A stretch of DNA of 64,000 nt, taken from positions 1 to 64,000 of IMG/VR virus record IMGVR_UViG_3300009126_000404; one strand, given 5' to 3'. The translations under genes and the position numbers were made by a program. Origin of the DNA: a virus. Shown piece after piece: positions 9,097-18,339 of this stretch. The notes under the pieces are model-generated. The model ran no database searches and had not been told where the DNA came from. It saw only the letters and a program-made list of their open reading frames with translations. Each line of letters begins with the position of its first letter. Within the stretch, counting starts at the first letter, position 1.

Positions 9097-9197
9097 ACTT
9101 AGATGATCTTCCGTTTGAAGGACCACAGCTTTAAGAGATAGCAGAATAGTCAACTGTAATGTATTGACTACGATAAATACCATAGAGGGAATACATC

Positions 9198-10637
9198 ATG
9201 GACGCAATTCTGACGTTACTCGCAGGAACATTTTACGGATTAATTATAGGACTTATACCAAGTGCTGGAGCCACAACAGGTCTCGTAGCACTTTTTGGTT
9301 TCATAAGTTACTTTGGTTTCGACCCATACTTGGGCGTAATATTCTGTATGGCAGTAGTTGCCTCAAGCACAACGGGTGATACTTATGCAGGAATACTATT
9401 AGGTATCCCAGGTGCAAACTCAGCCGCGGCTACAATGGTCGATGGGTATCCTTTAGCACAACAAGGTAGAGCCACAGAGGCTTTAACGGCCGCAATCACA
9501 ACAAGCACAATCAATGGATTATTTTGGGGTACATTAACTTTTGCCCTATTACCTCAATATGTGAAACTTATTATGTATTTCGGCATCCCTGAACTATGGG
9601 CTTTCATCTTATTAAGTTTAGCCTGTGTAGGATTTGTCAGTAATAGGTTTTGGTTTAGAAGTATCATAGCAATTTGTGTGGGTATTTTTGTAGGATTAAT
9701 AGGCATAAACCCAGAAACAAACATAGACAGATTTACTTTTGGATGGGAATATTTAGAAGATGGCGTACAACTTATGCCTTTTGTCGCTGGACTATTTGCT
9801 TTTCCTGAAATAGTACAAGGTTGGCGAAGAGGCAACTCAATTGCAACAATAGGTAAAGAAACGCATACGCATCAGACTTGGGAAGGTATTAAAGCAGTTT
9901 GGAAATATAAATGGGATGCTTTACGTGGCGGAGCAATTGGAGCATTTGTAGGATTTTTACCTGGTCTTGGTGGTGCTATGGGAGATTGGATGAGTTACGG
10001 TGCTACAGTAGCAAGTCATCCTGAAGAAGAATTTGGTAAAGGTAACCTAAGAGGTGTTATAGGGCCAGAAGGTAGTAACAATGCCCAAAAGGCAACTAGT
10101 ATGATTCCAACAGTATTGTTTGGAATACCTGGAGCAAGTTTTGCCGCAGTACTACTAGCCTTGTTTATGTATTTGGGTTTCGAATTAGGAACACAAGAAT
10201 TAGCAAATGATATAAAGTTCTTTGACAGTTTAACATTTGGATTTATGTGGGCGACAGTAATTACTGGTGTAGTTTGTGTACTATTCAATAAGCAAATTGC
10301 AAAAATAACTTATGTTCCTTACATTTATTACTTTCCATTCTTAGTAGCATTTATTATATGGGCTTGTGTTCAATACACAGGTGGTTGGCAAGATTATGCT
10401 ATACTAGGTATTACTACTTGTTTAGGATTGTTTTGTAAAAAATACAAGTTTAGTAGACCTGCAATGTTAATGGCATTTATACTTGCTACAAAGATAGAAG
10501 CATTAACATTACAAATGACAACAATTTATTCAATAGATAAACTAATGACAAGACCGTTGTTCTTAGTGATAATGAGTTGTGTAATTATGTTGTTAGTATT
10601 CAGCATAGTTAAAAGAAGTAAACTAGAATATGCTTAA
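9198..10637 (+). CDS. tctA: tripartite tricarboxylate transporter large permease (TctA family)
   Basis: GLIPSAGATTG, ILLGIPGANSAAATMVDGYPLAQQGRA, GFLPGLGG, GPEGSNNA...MIPTVLFGIPG. Confidence 0.9.
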   Translation: MDAILTLLAGTFYGLIIGLIPSAGATTGLVALFGFISYFGFDPYLGVIFCMAVVASSTTGDTYAGILLGIPGANSAAATMVDGYPLAQQGRATEALTAAITTSTINGLFWGTLTFALLPQYVKLIMYFGIPELWAFILLSLACVGFVSNRFWFRSIIAICVGIFVGLIGINPETNIDRFTFGWEYLEDGVQLMPFVAGLFAFPEIVQGWRRGNSIATIGKETHTHQTWEGIKAVWKYKWDALRGGAIGAFVGFLPGLGGAMGDWMSYGATVASHPEEEFGKGNLRGVIGPEGSNNAQKATSMIPTVLFGIPGASFAAVLLALFMYLGFELGTQELANDIKFFDSLTFGFMWATVITGVVCVLFNKQIAKITYVPYIYYFPFLVAFIIWACVQYTGGWQDYAILGITTCLGLFCKKYKFSRPAMLMAFILATKIEALTLQMTTIYSIDKLMTRPLFLVIMSCVIMLLVFSIVKRSKLEYA

Positions 10638-10673
10638 TTTAATAAATACATATACAATTCCAAGGAGACAAGA

Positions 10674-11807
10674 ATGAAGAAAATTCTAATGGTCCTAGTG
10701 TTATCACTAGGAATCGCAACATCAGCACTTGCTGAAACATTTACATTTGTTGTTCCACAGAAACCAGGTTCTGGTACTACTGTGTGGACAGAAATTGTAC
10801 TTAAAGAACTGGCTAGGTTTATGCCAGAACACACTCTAAAACTTAGAAACTTTCCAGGTGCTAGAGATATACCGGCAGTTAATGCCTTTCAAAACGAATT
10901 AAGATTTGACGATACTATTATTATGGTTTCACATGGTGGTAATGGTGTATCATTCTTACAAGAACAAGTTGATTACAACTATGCTGATTGGGAATCAATT
11001 GGTATGATGAACTTAAACATCATTGTTGGTAAAAGACTTGATGCAGATTTAGACAATATTATATTTGCATCTAATCCAGGTCGTGTTCCAGATGCAATGG
11101 CACTAGCTCTATTATTATGTGGACCACTAGATTCCATTGATGCATACACAACTTGTTTTAAATCAAAAGTTACTTTCGTTCCAGGTTTTAAAAAGGGCGG
11201 CGACAGACGTTTAGCATTTAAACGTGGTGAACTAACTGTTGACAGAGAAAATCCTGCGGCATATAAGAAACATATTGCTCCTAACGAAGAAGCAGAAATT
11301 TGGTTCCATCATGGAATTCTACAAGCAGATGGTACACACGCAGATGACCCTAACTATCCAGGTTTACAAATGGAAATTTTATATGAGCAAAAATGGGGAG
11401 AAGCACCATCAGGTCCAATGTATGATGCATATGTACTTGTTAAGTCATTCCGTGATGCTTTACAAAAAGCATTTTGGGTAAACGCTGGTAATCCAAATGC
11501 AGAGTTGTTACAAAAAGCATTGTTAGAAATGTCTAAAGACGAGCAGGCTATCAAAGCCATTCAAAAGAAAGTTGGCAATTATGAATGGGTTATTGGTGAA
11601 GAAGGTAATGCTCGAAGAGATACACTAATGACATTTGTTACAGAAGATGCATTACGTAATTTAGTTAAATTCTCAAATGAGGCGTTAAACATTCAAGCAG
11701 TTTATAAAGAAAGCATTTTAACTCCAGATGCAGTAGACGTTGTTGAAGAAGCTGAACAATCTAAAAGCATCAGAGGTTGGCTTAAAGACTTTTTTAACTG
11801 GCAATAA
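10674..11807 (+). CDS. TctC/Bug-like periplasmic solute-binding protein, divergent
   Basis: Signal peptide, TFVVPQKPGSGT (cf. xVVPxxxGGxxD), RNFPGA; directly after tctA. Confidence 0.7.
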   Translation: MKKILMVLVLSLGIATSALAETFTFVVPQKPGSGTTVWTEIVLKELARFMPEHTLKLRNFPGARDIPAVNAFQNELRFDDTIIMVSHGGNGVSFLQEQVDYNYADWESIGMMNLNIIVGKRLDADLDNIIFASNPGRVPDAMALALLLCGPLDSIDAYTTCFKSKVTFVPGFKKGGDRRLAFKRGELTVDRENPAAYKKHIAPNEEAEIWFHHGILQADGTHADDPNYPGLQMEILYEQKWGEAPSGPMYDAYVLVKSFRDALQKAFWVNAGNPNAELLQKALLEMSKDEQAIKAIQKKVGNYEWVIGEEGNARRDTLMTFVTEDALRNLVKFSNEALNIQAVYKESILTPDAVDVVEEAEQSKSIRGWLKDFFNWQ

Positions 11808-11823
11808 TTAATATTCTATCTAC

Positions 11824-11851
11824 AAAAGGGCAACTCTGGTTGTCCTTTTTT
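11824..11851 (+). terminator. intrinsic terminator
   Basis: AAAAGGGCAAC-TCTG-GTTGTCCTTTT hairpin with a T tail after the tctC-like gene. Confidence 0.75.
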
Positions 11852-11923
11852 CATTAAAACTAGTGTTATTATTTTCGCACATAATCCATAAATAGTAGTA
11901 GTTAATTAAGGAGAAGCATACTA

Positions 11924-12469
11924 ATGAAAGTATTAATACAAGCATTAGTATTTTTTGTTTTTATACTAGGTACAGCCGCATATGCTGATCCTATTGTAAC
12001 TGAAAGTACTAGTAATAGCACAGTAACAACAACCGGAAATACAACAACAACAGTAAAAAGTTCGCCACCTAGTGCGATTTCGCCTAGTATTAATAGTAAT
12101 AATAGCGATTTATGTACTGTAGGTATATCAGGTGCAGTTCAAACACAGATACTTGGTATTAGTGGTGGTTCAACAGTACGTGACATGAATTGTGAAAGGC
12201 TCAAGTTAGCCAAAACAATATATGACATGGGCATGAAGGTAGCCGCAGTTAGTATAATGTGCCAAGACGAAAGAGTATTTAAAGCCATGGAAATGGCCGG
12301 CACTCCTTGTCCGTACTTAGGTAAAATTGGTGAAGAAGCTCAACAAGCATGGGATTCTAACCCTGAATTAAAGCCTGAAAACACAGAACAGGAGACTAAG
12401 AAGAATGACAAACTTGAAGGTGCTATGCAAGGCATTGGTCTTATTGGTTTGCTTATGTTTTTACTCTAG
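11924..12469 (+). CDS. exported Cys-containing protein with C-terminal hydrophobic tail
   Basis: Signal peptide, T/S-rich linker, DLC...NCERLK...MCQD...TPCP, C-terminal GIGLIGLLMFLL. Confidence 0.75.
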   Translation: MKVLIQALVFFVFILGTAAYADPIVTESTSNSTVTTTGNTTTTVKSSPPSAISPSINSNNSDLCTVGISGAVQTQILGISGGSTVRDMNCERLKLAKTIYDMGMKVAAVSIMCQDERVFKAMEMAGTPCPYLGKIGEEAQQAWDSNPELKPENTEQETKKNDKLEGAMQGIGLIGLLMFLL

Positions 12470-14648
12470 TTTCACACTAGCTGATACAACAACAACAGCC
12501 GAAACATTAAATCTAAATGATGGAACAATAACACACCCAAATGGTGGTTGCCCTTCTGGTGACTCGCCTATAACTATTGACTCATATAATTGGGGCGTTC
12601 AGGCTATTCGTTACGGAGAATGCATAGATACATTTGCAATATCCGTAGCCATTAATAACGCATTAACAGCCTCAGGTATATCTGTTGATAAAGTACATTA
12701 TAAATGGCATTGGATTAACGGATGCTTTAACTATCCAGGCAAGTATTGTGATACTAATATCAGCAACAGAGTAAATCTATCTACTGGTGAAGTTCTAGAA
12801 GGTGCCTATGAGGATTATTTTGATACACTAGCCGTCACTGTAGAAATTACAGATGCTAACGGCACTGTTATTAAAACAGAAACGTGGTCACCCGATAAAT
12901 GGTATCACTGGCATAACGCAAACACTTACAGTACTAATGAAACAACTGATCTTGGTGGAGCAGTCTGGCAGATACATGAAGGCAACATAGAACTTTATAA
13001 TCACATAACAACAACAGGAACAATATACACACCCAATCAATTAGGTGATGTTAGGTTTAGAGTTGTAGGTAATGATGGCGGTGAATGGAATGGGTATTAT
13101 GGACCAGTTATATCAAATATGCAAACATGGTTTACGTATAGAACTAATCCTTGTACCGCTTCTGCTTTATATGATCCGAGTTGCCCAGGTTATGCGGCCG
13201 CCTACGCAACATATGTATACGATACCGCCTGTGCCGCAAGTGCATTGTACGATAGTGGTTGTCCAGGCTATGCCGCGGCATATTACACACAACAATGTAC
13301 AGCCGATCCACTATATGATTCGGGTTGTAATGGATATGCGTCAGCATATTATAATCAACAATGTGGGTTAAATGCATTATATGATAGTGGATGTACGGGC
13401 TATGCTGACGCCTATTTCGCTCAACAGTGTGGCATAAGTGCATTATATAATGAAGGTTGTACAGGTTATGCGGCCGCTTATTATGCACAACAATGTGGAT
13501 TAAATGCATTATATGATAGTGGATGTACTGGGTACGCAGAAGCCTACTTCACTCAACAGTGTGAAATAAGTCCATTATATAATTCAGGATGTGACGGATA
13601 TTTTGAGGCTAGTTGTGATGCTGACCCGTTGTATGATTTCTTATGTACTGGATATGATGTAGCATATTTTAATCAACAGTGTACATATAATCCACAATAT
13701 GATGAACAGTGTACAGGTTATATACCACCCGTTGTCACGACAGATATAGATGATATAATTGATGACGGTGCAGGAACAGGCGATAGTGTTGTTGATAGTG
13801 TTATTGAAGCACCAGCATTACCACCAACAGTTATAATAATACCACCTCCACTTGAACCCGAACCAATGCCTGAACCTGAACCTGAACCTGAACCAGAACC
13901 AACACCTGAGGTAGTGATTGTAGGACCTAATGTTATAGAAACAACACCTGAGGTAGTTGAACCACCTACAATAATAGAACAAATAGAACAAGAAATAGAA
14001 CAAGAAATAGAACAAGAAATAGAAGAACAAATGGAACAAGAATTAATTACAGAAGAAGTGGAAACAGAAACGGAGGCCGGCACTGAAGAAGTAGTTGAGG
14101 AAGAGGTAATAGAGGAAGAAGCAATTGAAGAAGAAGTAATAGAGGAAGAAGTAATAGAGGAAGAAGCAATTGAAGAAGAAGCAATTGAAGAAGAAGTAAT
14201 AGAGGACGAAACAGTAGAAGAAGAAGTAGTTGAAGAAGAGGCTCCTGAAGATGAGTCGAAAGAATCAGCAGAGGACACAAGTACTGAAACAGTTGTAACT
14301 AAAACTAAAACTAAAAAACTAACAAAGGCAGAAAAACAAAAGGCTAAAGAAAAGAAAATGAGAGAAATAATTACAGAAAAGTTAAAAGAGTTAGCAATTG
14401 CAGTAGGAGAAGCACAGTCATTAGAAGACCAGCAGGCCCTACAACAATTAATAGCGGCGTTGATTAATTATGTGCCAGGATTTAATGCATATGGAAAACT
14501 AATGATTCCTGGCGTAGACTTTTATCAACCTGAAGATATATACTTAGATAAAAAGATACCAGAGAACCAACGAGGTTTGAGAAATGGACTTGCGAGTGAA
14601 CTCCTTCATAAGAAGATGGTTGACATGCAATATGAAGGAATGGAGTAA
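12405..14648 (+). CDS. large exported protein: globular N-domain, Cys/Tyr repeats, Pro-Glu hinge, Glu-rich stalk
   Basis: 747-aa ORF with signal peptide; domains visible directly in the translation. Confidence 0.8.
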   Translation: MTNLKVLCKALVLLVCLCFYSSFTLADTTTTAETLNLNDGTITHPNGGCPSGDSPITIDSYNWGVQAIRYGECIDTFAISVAINNALTASGISVDKVHYKWHWINGCFNYPGKYCDTNISNRVNLSTGEVLEGAYEDYFDTLAVTVEITDANGTVIKTETWSPDKWYHWHNANTYSTNETTDLGGAVWQIHEGNIELYNHITTTGTIYTPNQLGDVRFRVVGNDGGEWNGYYGPVISNMQTWFTYRTNPCTASALYDPSCPGYAAAYATYVYDTACAASALYDSGCPGYAAAYYTQQCTADPLYDSGCNGYASAYYNQQCGLNALYDSGCTGYADAYFAQQCGISALYNEGCTGYAAAYYAQQCGLNALYDSGCTGYAEAYFTQQCEISPLYNSGCDGYFEASCDADPLYDFLCTGYDVAYFNQQCTYNPQYDEQCTGYIPPVVTTDIDDIIDDGAGTGDSVVDSVIEAPALPPTVIIIPPPLEPEPMPEPEPEPEPEPTPEVVIVGPNVIETTPEVVEPPTIIEQIEQEIEQEIEQEIEEQMEQELITEEVETETEAGTEEVVEEEVIEEEAIEEEVIEEEVIEEEAIEEEAIEEEVIEDETVEEEVVEEEAPEDESKESAEDTSTETVVTKTKTKKLTKAEKQKAKEKKMREIITEKLKELAIAVGEAQSLEDQQALQQLIAALINYVPGFNAYGKLMIPGVDFYQPEDIYLDKKIPENQRGLRNGLASELLHKKMVDMQYEGME
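13152..13721 (+). repeat. nine coding repeats of about 22 aa, CxxxxLYDxGCxGYAxAYxxQQ
   Basis: Nine units counted from CTASALYDPSCPGY to CTYNPQYDEQCTGY; most are 66 bp, one is 26 aa, one is 18 aa and the last is partial. Confidence 0.9.
13854..14240 (+). repeat. low-complexity coding repeats: (PE)n, (EQEI)n, EEE(A/V)I
   Basis: GAACCT/GAACCA hexamers, ATAGAACAAGAA 12-mers and GAAGAAGTAATAGAG-type 15-mers. Confidence 0.85.
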
Positions 14649-14653
14649 AACAC

Positions 14654-15163
14654 ATGAGTGAAAAAACAACACTAGAAGTAGGCGGGTTAAAGTTTACAGG
14701 TGGTAAATTATTTTTAGTTCTAACAGTGTTAAGTGCATTAGGTGGTGCGGCTTGGGGAGGCTTTGAGTTCTATAATGACTATAGAATGATGAAAGCCAAA
14801 ATAGAAAGATATGTAGCACCTGACCTAAGTGGAATTAGATCCGAACTAGCAGTAGTTAATACTAAGTTAGACGAAGCACTAGAGTATTCAAAGGATATTA
14901 AGAACGGATTACGTGATGATATTGTTAGATTAGAGAGAATAGTTGACCAAGTTGAAGATGATGTTAATGATATTGACGAAGATGTACGTGAACTATTAAC
15001 ATTAGCTGACCAACGTTTTGAAAACAAACGTGACCAGTTATTAACAGATTACGAACAAAAAGCAGATAGTCTAAGAACTAGCACCGATCTTAAACTTACA
15101 GATCTTGAAGAAAGACTCAATAAAAGATTACAAAGAGCATTAGATAACCCACTTGCACAATAA
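14654..15163 (+). CDS. membrane-anchored coiled-coil protein
   Basis: N-terminal TM (LFLVLTVLSALGGAAWGGF) then heptad-rich helix. Confidence 0.75.
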   Translation: MSEKTTLEVGGLKFTGGKLFLVLTVLSALGGAAWGGFEFYNDYRMMKAKIERYVAPDLSGIRSELAVVNTKLDEALEYSKDIKNGLRDDIVRLERIVDQVEDDVNDIDEDVRELLTLADQRFENKRDQLLTDYEQKADSLRTSTDLKLTDLEERLNKRLQRALDNPLAQ

Positions 15164-15173
15164 TTGATAATTG

Positions 15174-15202
15174 CAACACCCCCCAAATCGGGGTGTTGTT
15201 GT
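15174..15202 (+). terminator. probable intrinsic terminator
   Basis: CAACACCCC-CCAAATC-GGGGTGTTG 9-bp stem followed by TTGT. Confidence 0.65.
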
Positions 15203-15246
15203 TGTCGATAAATATAGTTATAACGAGACAAAACCCGCACAATCAC

Positions 15247-15275
15247 TTGACATTTCAGTCAACTTAATGTATTAT
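15247..15275 (+). promoter_or_regulatory. sigma70-type promoter
   Basis: TTGACA (15247-15252), 17 bp, TATTAT (15270-15275). Confidence 0.7.
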
Positions 15276-15294
15276 ATGATAAAGGAAATAGTTT

Positions 15295-15999
15295 ATGTTA
15301 GATGTTTTCATGCTAACGTTCGGAGAACCAGAAGCAGATGATAATTTTAAAATACTACAAGAAAAAGCACCACATGCTAAACGCATAGACGGTGTTGAAG
15401 GATTACTTAACGCACATAAAGCCTGTGCTGAAGAATCACGCACAAGTTATTTTTATGTGTGTGACGCAGACGCAGTTATAACAGAAAACTTTGCATTTAA
15501 GTTTACACCAAGCGATAGACGATTGGCTTATCCAGGTGTAAAAGAAACAGAATGTGTATTTACATATCGTAGCCACAATCCTATTAATGATTTAGTGTAC
15601 GGCAATGGTGCATTAAAACTATTTCCTAAAAAGAATTTACTAGCAGTAAAAGAGTTTAAAGTAGATATGACTACAAGCATTGGAGCAATATTTAAGCCAA
15701 TGTTTGAAATTTCAAATATAACACAGTTTAATACAGACCCATTTAACACATGGCGAAGTGCATTTAGAGAATGTACTAAACTTTCAAGTAATATCATTGA
15801 CAATAATAAACAAATAGATGATGCATACAGATTGAAAGTATGGTGCGAACGTGGCGAGGACAGGCGTTACGGAGACTATGCAATACTAGGTGCTAACCAA
15901 GGCAGAGACTTTGGAGAGCATTATAAAAATAACACTAAAGCATTAAATAAGATTAATGATTGGGAATGGCTAAAGGAAAAGTTTAATGAAGCACTCTGA
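15295..15999 (+). CDS. GT-A-like glycosyltransferase
   Basis: FYVCDADAVI DxD motif, AHKACAE, YGNGALKLFPK, TWRSAFRECTKL. Confidence 0.6.
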   Translation: MLDVFMLTFGEPEADDNFKILQEKAPHAKRIDGVEGLLNAHKACAEESRTSYFYVCDADAVITENFAFKFTPSDRRLAYPGVKETECVFTYRSHNPINDLVYGNGALKLFPKKNLLAVKEFKVDMTTSIGAIFKPMFEISNITQFNTDPFNTWRSAFRECTKLSSNIIDNNKQIDDAYRLKVWCERGEDRRYGDYAILGANQGRDFGEHYKNNTKALNKINDWEWLKEKFNEAL

Positions 16000-16921
16000 A
16001 TTTACAAGTAAGTTTCATTGGTTGAATGGACTGAGCGAATACTTTCGGGCTACCGGACAAGAAGAAAAATACGAGCCAGTATTTAAAGCATTATATCATC
16101 AAAACTATTATCGTAAACGTGATATAATAATGAATATGATAGAAGGCAAATACGAAGGAATTGAAAAAGTTCCATATGAGTTGCGTAGAGCCTGGGTGAA
16201 CATGCTTTTAAATGAACATATGGATGATGTAGAAGTAAAAACAGAACTCATTACTAGTTTAATTGCAACAGTGGCAGATGATGATTTTGTTAATAGAATT
16301 TGTAGATTTATTGATTACTTTGTAGTTGATCATGCAACATCTTTATTACTTCCTGACTTAGGAGACTTTTTATCACGTGGACAAGTAAAGAGTAAAATTT
16401 GGTTAGCAACCGAACTTGCAAAATGTGTAGAAGGTAACTTAGGTAATGTAGTATTTTATGGTGGTTGGTATAATTTTGTAGCATACTTTTTATTCTCACA
16501 GTTTGAAGTAAATAAAATTTATACTGTTGATAACGATCCAAAAGTTATTCCTCCTACTGAATGTTTATACGAAAAAGAAGTTAGCGAAGGTAAATTCTTT
16601 GCTATTACACATGATGTTAACAAAATTAAATGGAATGGAAAGAGCATGATATATAATGCTCATCATACTGAACATGAAGAAAAGATTCATATGGTCATTA
16701 ATACAAGTTGCGAACATATGAATAATACTTGGTTTGAAAATTTACCAGAAGGAACGTTTGTAATACTACACACAAATGATTATTTTGATAATCCACAACA
16801 TAGTAATTGTTGTGAAGATATAGAAGAAGCTAAGTCTAAATATCCAATGCAGAGTATAATGTATGAAGGTAATTTAGACACTGAGCTTTATAATAGGTTT
16901 ATGCTAATCGGCATTAAATAA
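15986..16921 (+). CDS. putative class I SAM-dependent methyltransferase
   Basis: SRGQVKSKIWL, VFYGGWY Gly loop, YTVDND acidic motif, VINTSCEH. Confidence 0.55.
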   Translation: MKHSEFTSKFHWLNGLSEYFRATGQEEKYEPVFKALYHQNYYRKRDIIMNMIEGKYEGIEKVPYELRRAWVNMLLNEHMDDVEVKTELITSLIATVADDDFVNRICRFIDYFVVDHATSLLLPDLGDFLSRGQVKSKIWLATELAKCVEGNLGNVVFYGGWYNFVAYFLFSQFEVNKIYTVDNDPKVIPPTECLYEKEVSEGKFFAITHDVNKIKWNGKSMIYNAHHTEHEEKIHMVINTSCEHMNNTWFENLPEGTFVILHTNDYFDNPQHSNCCEDIEEAKSKYPMQSIMYEGNLDTELYNRFMLIGIK

Positions 16922-16926
16922 AACAT

Positions 16927-17166
16927 ATGAAAGATGTAATATACATAGATTTTGTTATGGATGACTTTACTGAGCATTCTGATATGGATGCGTGTTGTAA
17001 AATATCAGCAGAGATAGGTGCAAAAGGATTAGTATACGGGCCAGACTTTTGGTTTCATGAATCATATCGCGAAGGTGATGAACAAGTTCTTAAGTTTGGA
17101 TTTAGAGATAAACATGAAGCTATGCTAATTAGACTAGCAGGTGTTCAAAAATTAACATTACATTAA
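16927..17166 (+). CDS. small hypothetical protein (xAMLxxL family)
   Basis: Ends FGFRDKHEAMLIRL; similar to the next gene and to 56177-56533. Confidence 0.6.
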   Translation: MKDVIYIDFVMDDFTEHSDMDACCKISAEIGAKGLVYGPDFWFHESYREGDEQVLKFGFRDKHEAMLIRLAGVQKLTLH

Positions 17167-17167
17167 T

Positions 17168-17413
17168 ATGAAATCGACAGCAGTAATAAGATTTTTTACA
17201 GACGAGTACACTGACAATACAGATGCATTTGCCACTTACGATGCTATTGCAAACATAGCATCATTACTAGGGCAAGAAGGACTAAAGTATAATGTTGATT
17301 ATAAATTAGCAGAAGTATTTTATAAAGAAACAAACGGAAGACAAATATTAGCATTTGAATTTGTAGACGAAAAAAGAGCTATGCTATTAAAGTTAAAAGG
17401 AATTGAAGATTAA
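17168..17413 (+). CDS. small hypothetical protein (xAMLxxL family)
   Basis: Ends FEFVDEKRAMLLKL; tandem paralog of the previous gene. Confidence 0.6.
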   Translation: MKSTAVIRFFTDEYTDNTDAFATYDAIANIASLLGQEGLKYNVDYKLAEVFYKETNGRQILAFEFVDEKRAMLLKLKGIED

Positions 17414-17660
17414 AATGGATAAAGAATTGTGGAATGTAATACTTGATAATTATACACTAAGAGAATTACAGAGAGAAGCGGCACGAGCAATTAGTACAAT
17501 GCCTGCAGACAACAATAGTATCTATAAATTTAATAAAGAAGCACATCATAACAGTCAGCAATGGTATAGAGCTGTTATTATATATTACTGTGAAGAGCAC
17601 GGTGGATTTCCAAGTGAAATTGGACCAGGAAAAAATGTGAAACTAATAATGGATGATTAA
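17403..17660 (+). CDS. hypothetical protein
   Basis: 85-aa ORF coupled to both neighbours; the start may be ATG 17418. Confidence 0.6.
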   Translation: MKIKMDKELWNVILDNYTLRELQREAARAISTMPADNNSIYKFNKEAHHNSQQWYRAVIIYYCEEHGGFPSEIGPGKNVKLIMDD

Positions 17661-17662
17661 AT

Positions 17663-17989
17663 ATGTATTTAAAAATAAACGATATAGGTGGTGTAGTTGT
17701 TAAAGATAATAAAACATATAAACTTAAAGATAACACATTATTAAATAATCTTGTTGTTAGTTCAACAGACTTAAAACCATACCAAAGTACAAACGGACAT
17801 ACACATCCTGGCCAAGAAGAAGTTTATTATTTTGTTAAAGGTGCAGGAACAATGTATTTAAATGATGTTCCAAAGTTTGTAGAAGCAGGTGATGTAGTTT
17901 TGATAGAAGACGGAGTACATCATAGAGTGAGTTGTGGACCAGAAGGACTATATTTTGTTTGTGTCTTTGATGGTAAGCGATCACATTGA
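17663..17989 (+). CDS. cupin domain protein
   Basis: GHTHPGQEEVYYFVKGAG and AGDVVLIEDGVHHRV cupin motifs. Confidence 0.85.
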   Translation: MYLKINDIGGVVVKDNKTYKLKDNTLLNNLVVSSTDLKPYQSTNGHTHPGQEEVYYFVKGAGTMYLNDVPKFVEAGDVVLIEDGVHHRVSCGPEGLYFVCVFDGKRSH

Positions 17990-18339
17990 TGGAACTATTA
18001 TTAACTAATATAATATATGTAGGCTTTAGATTATTAGTTACAGCACATATAGTAAAATTCTTTCATAAATATTTTCCATTTGGAATTGCAGTATTAATTG
18101 CCGCACAGGTTAGTTTTTTATATGACGGTGGAATATTTGCATACTTATTTCAAGCACAAGCATTGCCAGAAGCAATGGAAATACTACAAGCAAATATATT
18201 ATATACATTGCGAGTAGGAATAGCATGGTGGATTATTAAAATGCTATGGGATAAGCTAAATAATTATTACTTAGCAGTCTTTATTGGTGCTGAATTAACA
18301 TTTATAGTAGACTATTTTATATTTGATGGATTATATTAA
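17986..18339 (+). CDS. multi-pass membrane protein
   Basis: About four hydrophobic segments in 117 aa. Confidence 0.65.
   Translation: MMELLLTNIIYVGFRLLVTAHIVKFFHKYFPFGIAVLIAAQVSFLYDGGIFAYLFQAQALPEAMEILQANILYTLRVGIAWWIIKMLWDKLNNYYLAVFIGAELTFIVDYFIFDGLY

Noticed and set aside
9147-9170. Inverted repeat TAGTCAA-N10-TTGACTA upstream of tctA
   Set aside because: Only 7 AT-rich bp, no T tail and no -10 after TTGACT; could be chance or an operator, unsupported.
13072-13509. Alternate-frame ORFs over the Cys/Tyr repeats
   Set aside because: Repeat periodicity keeps other frames open; the translations have no recognisable motifs.
13718-14280. Minus-strand ORFs of 186, 73 and 77 aa (Ser-, Phe/Tyr- and Leu-rich)
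   Set aside because: Antisense shadows of the Glu/Pro repeats in the 747-aa gene; no RBS or independent features.
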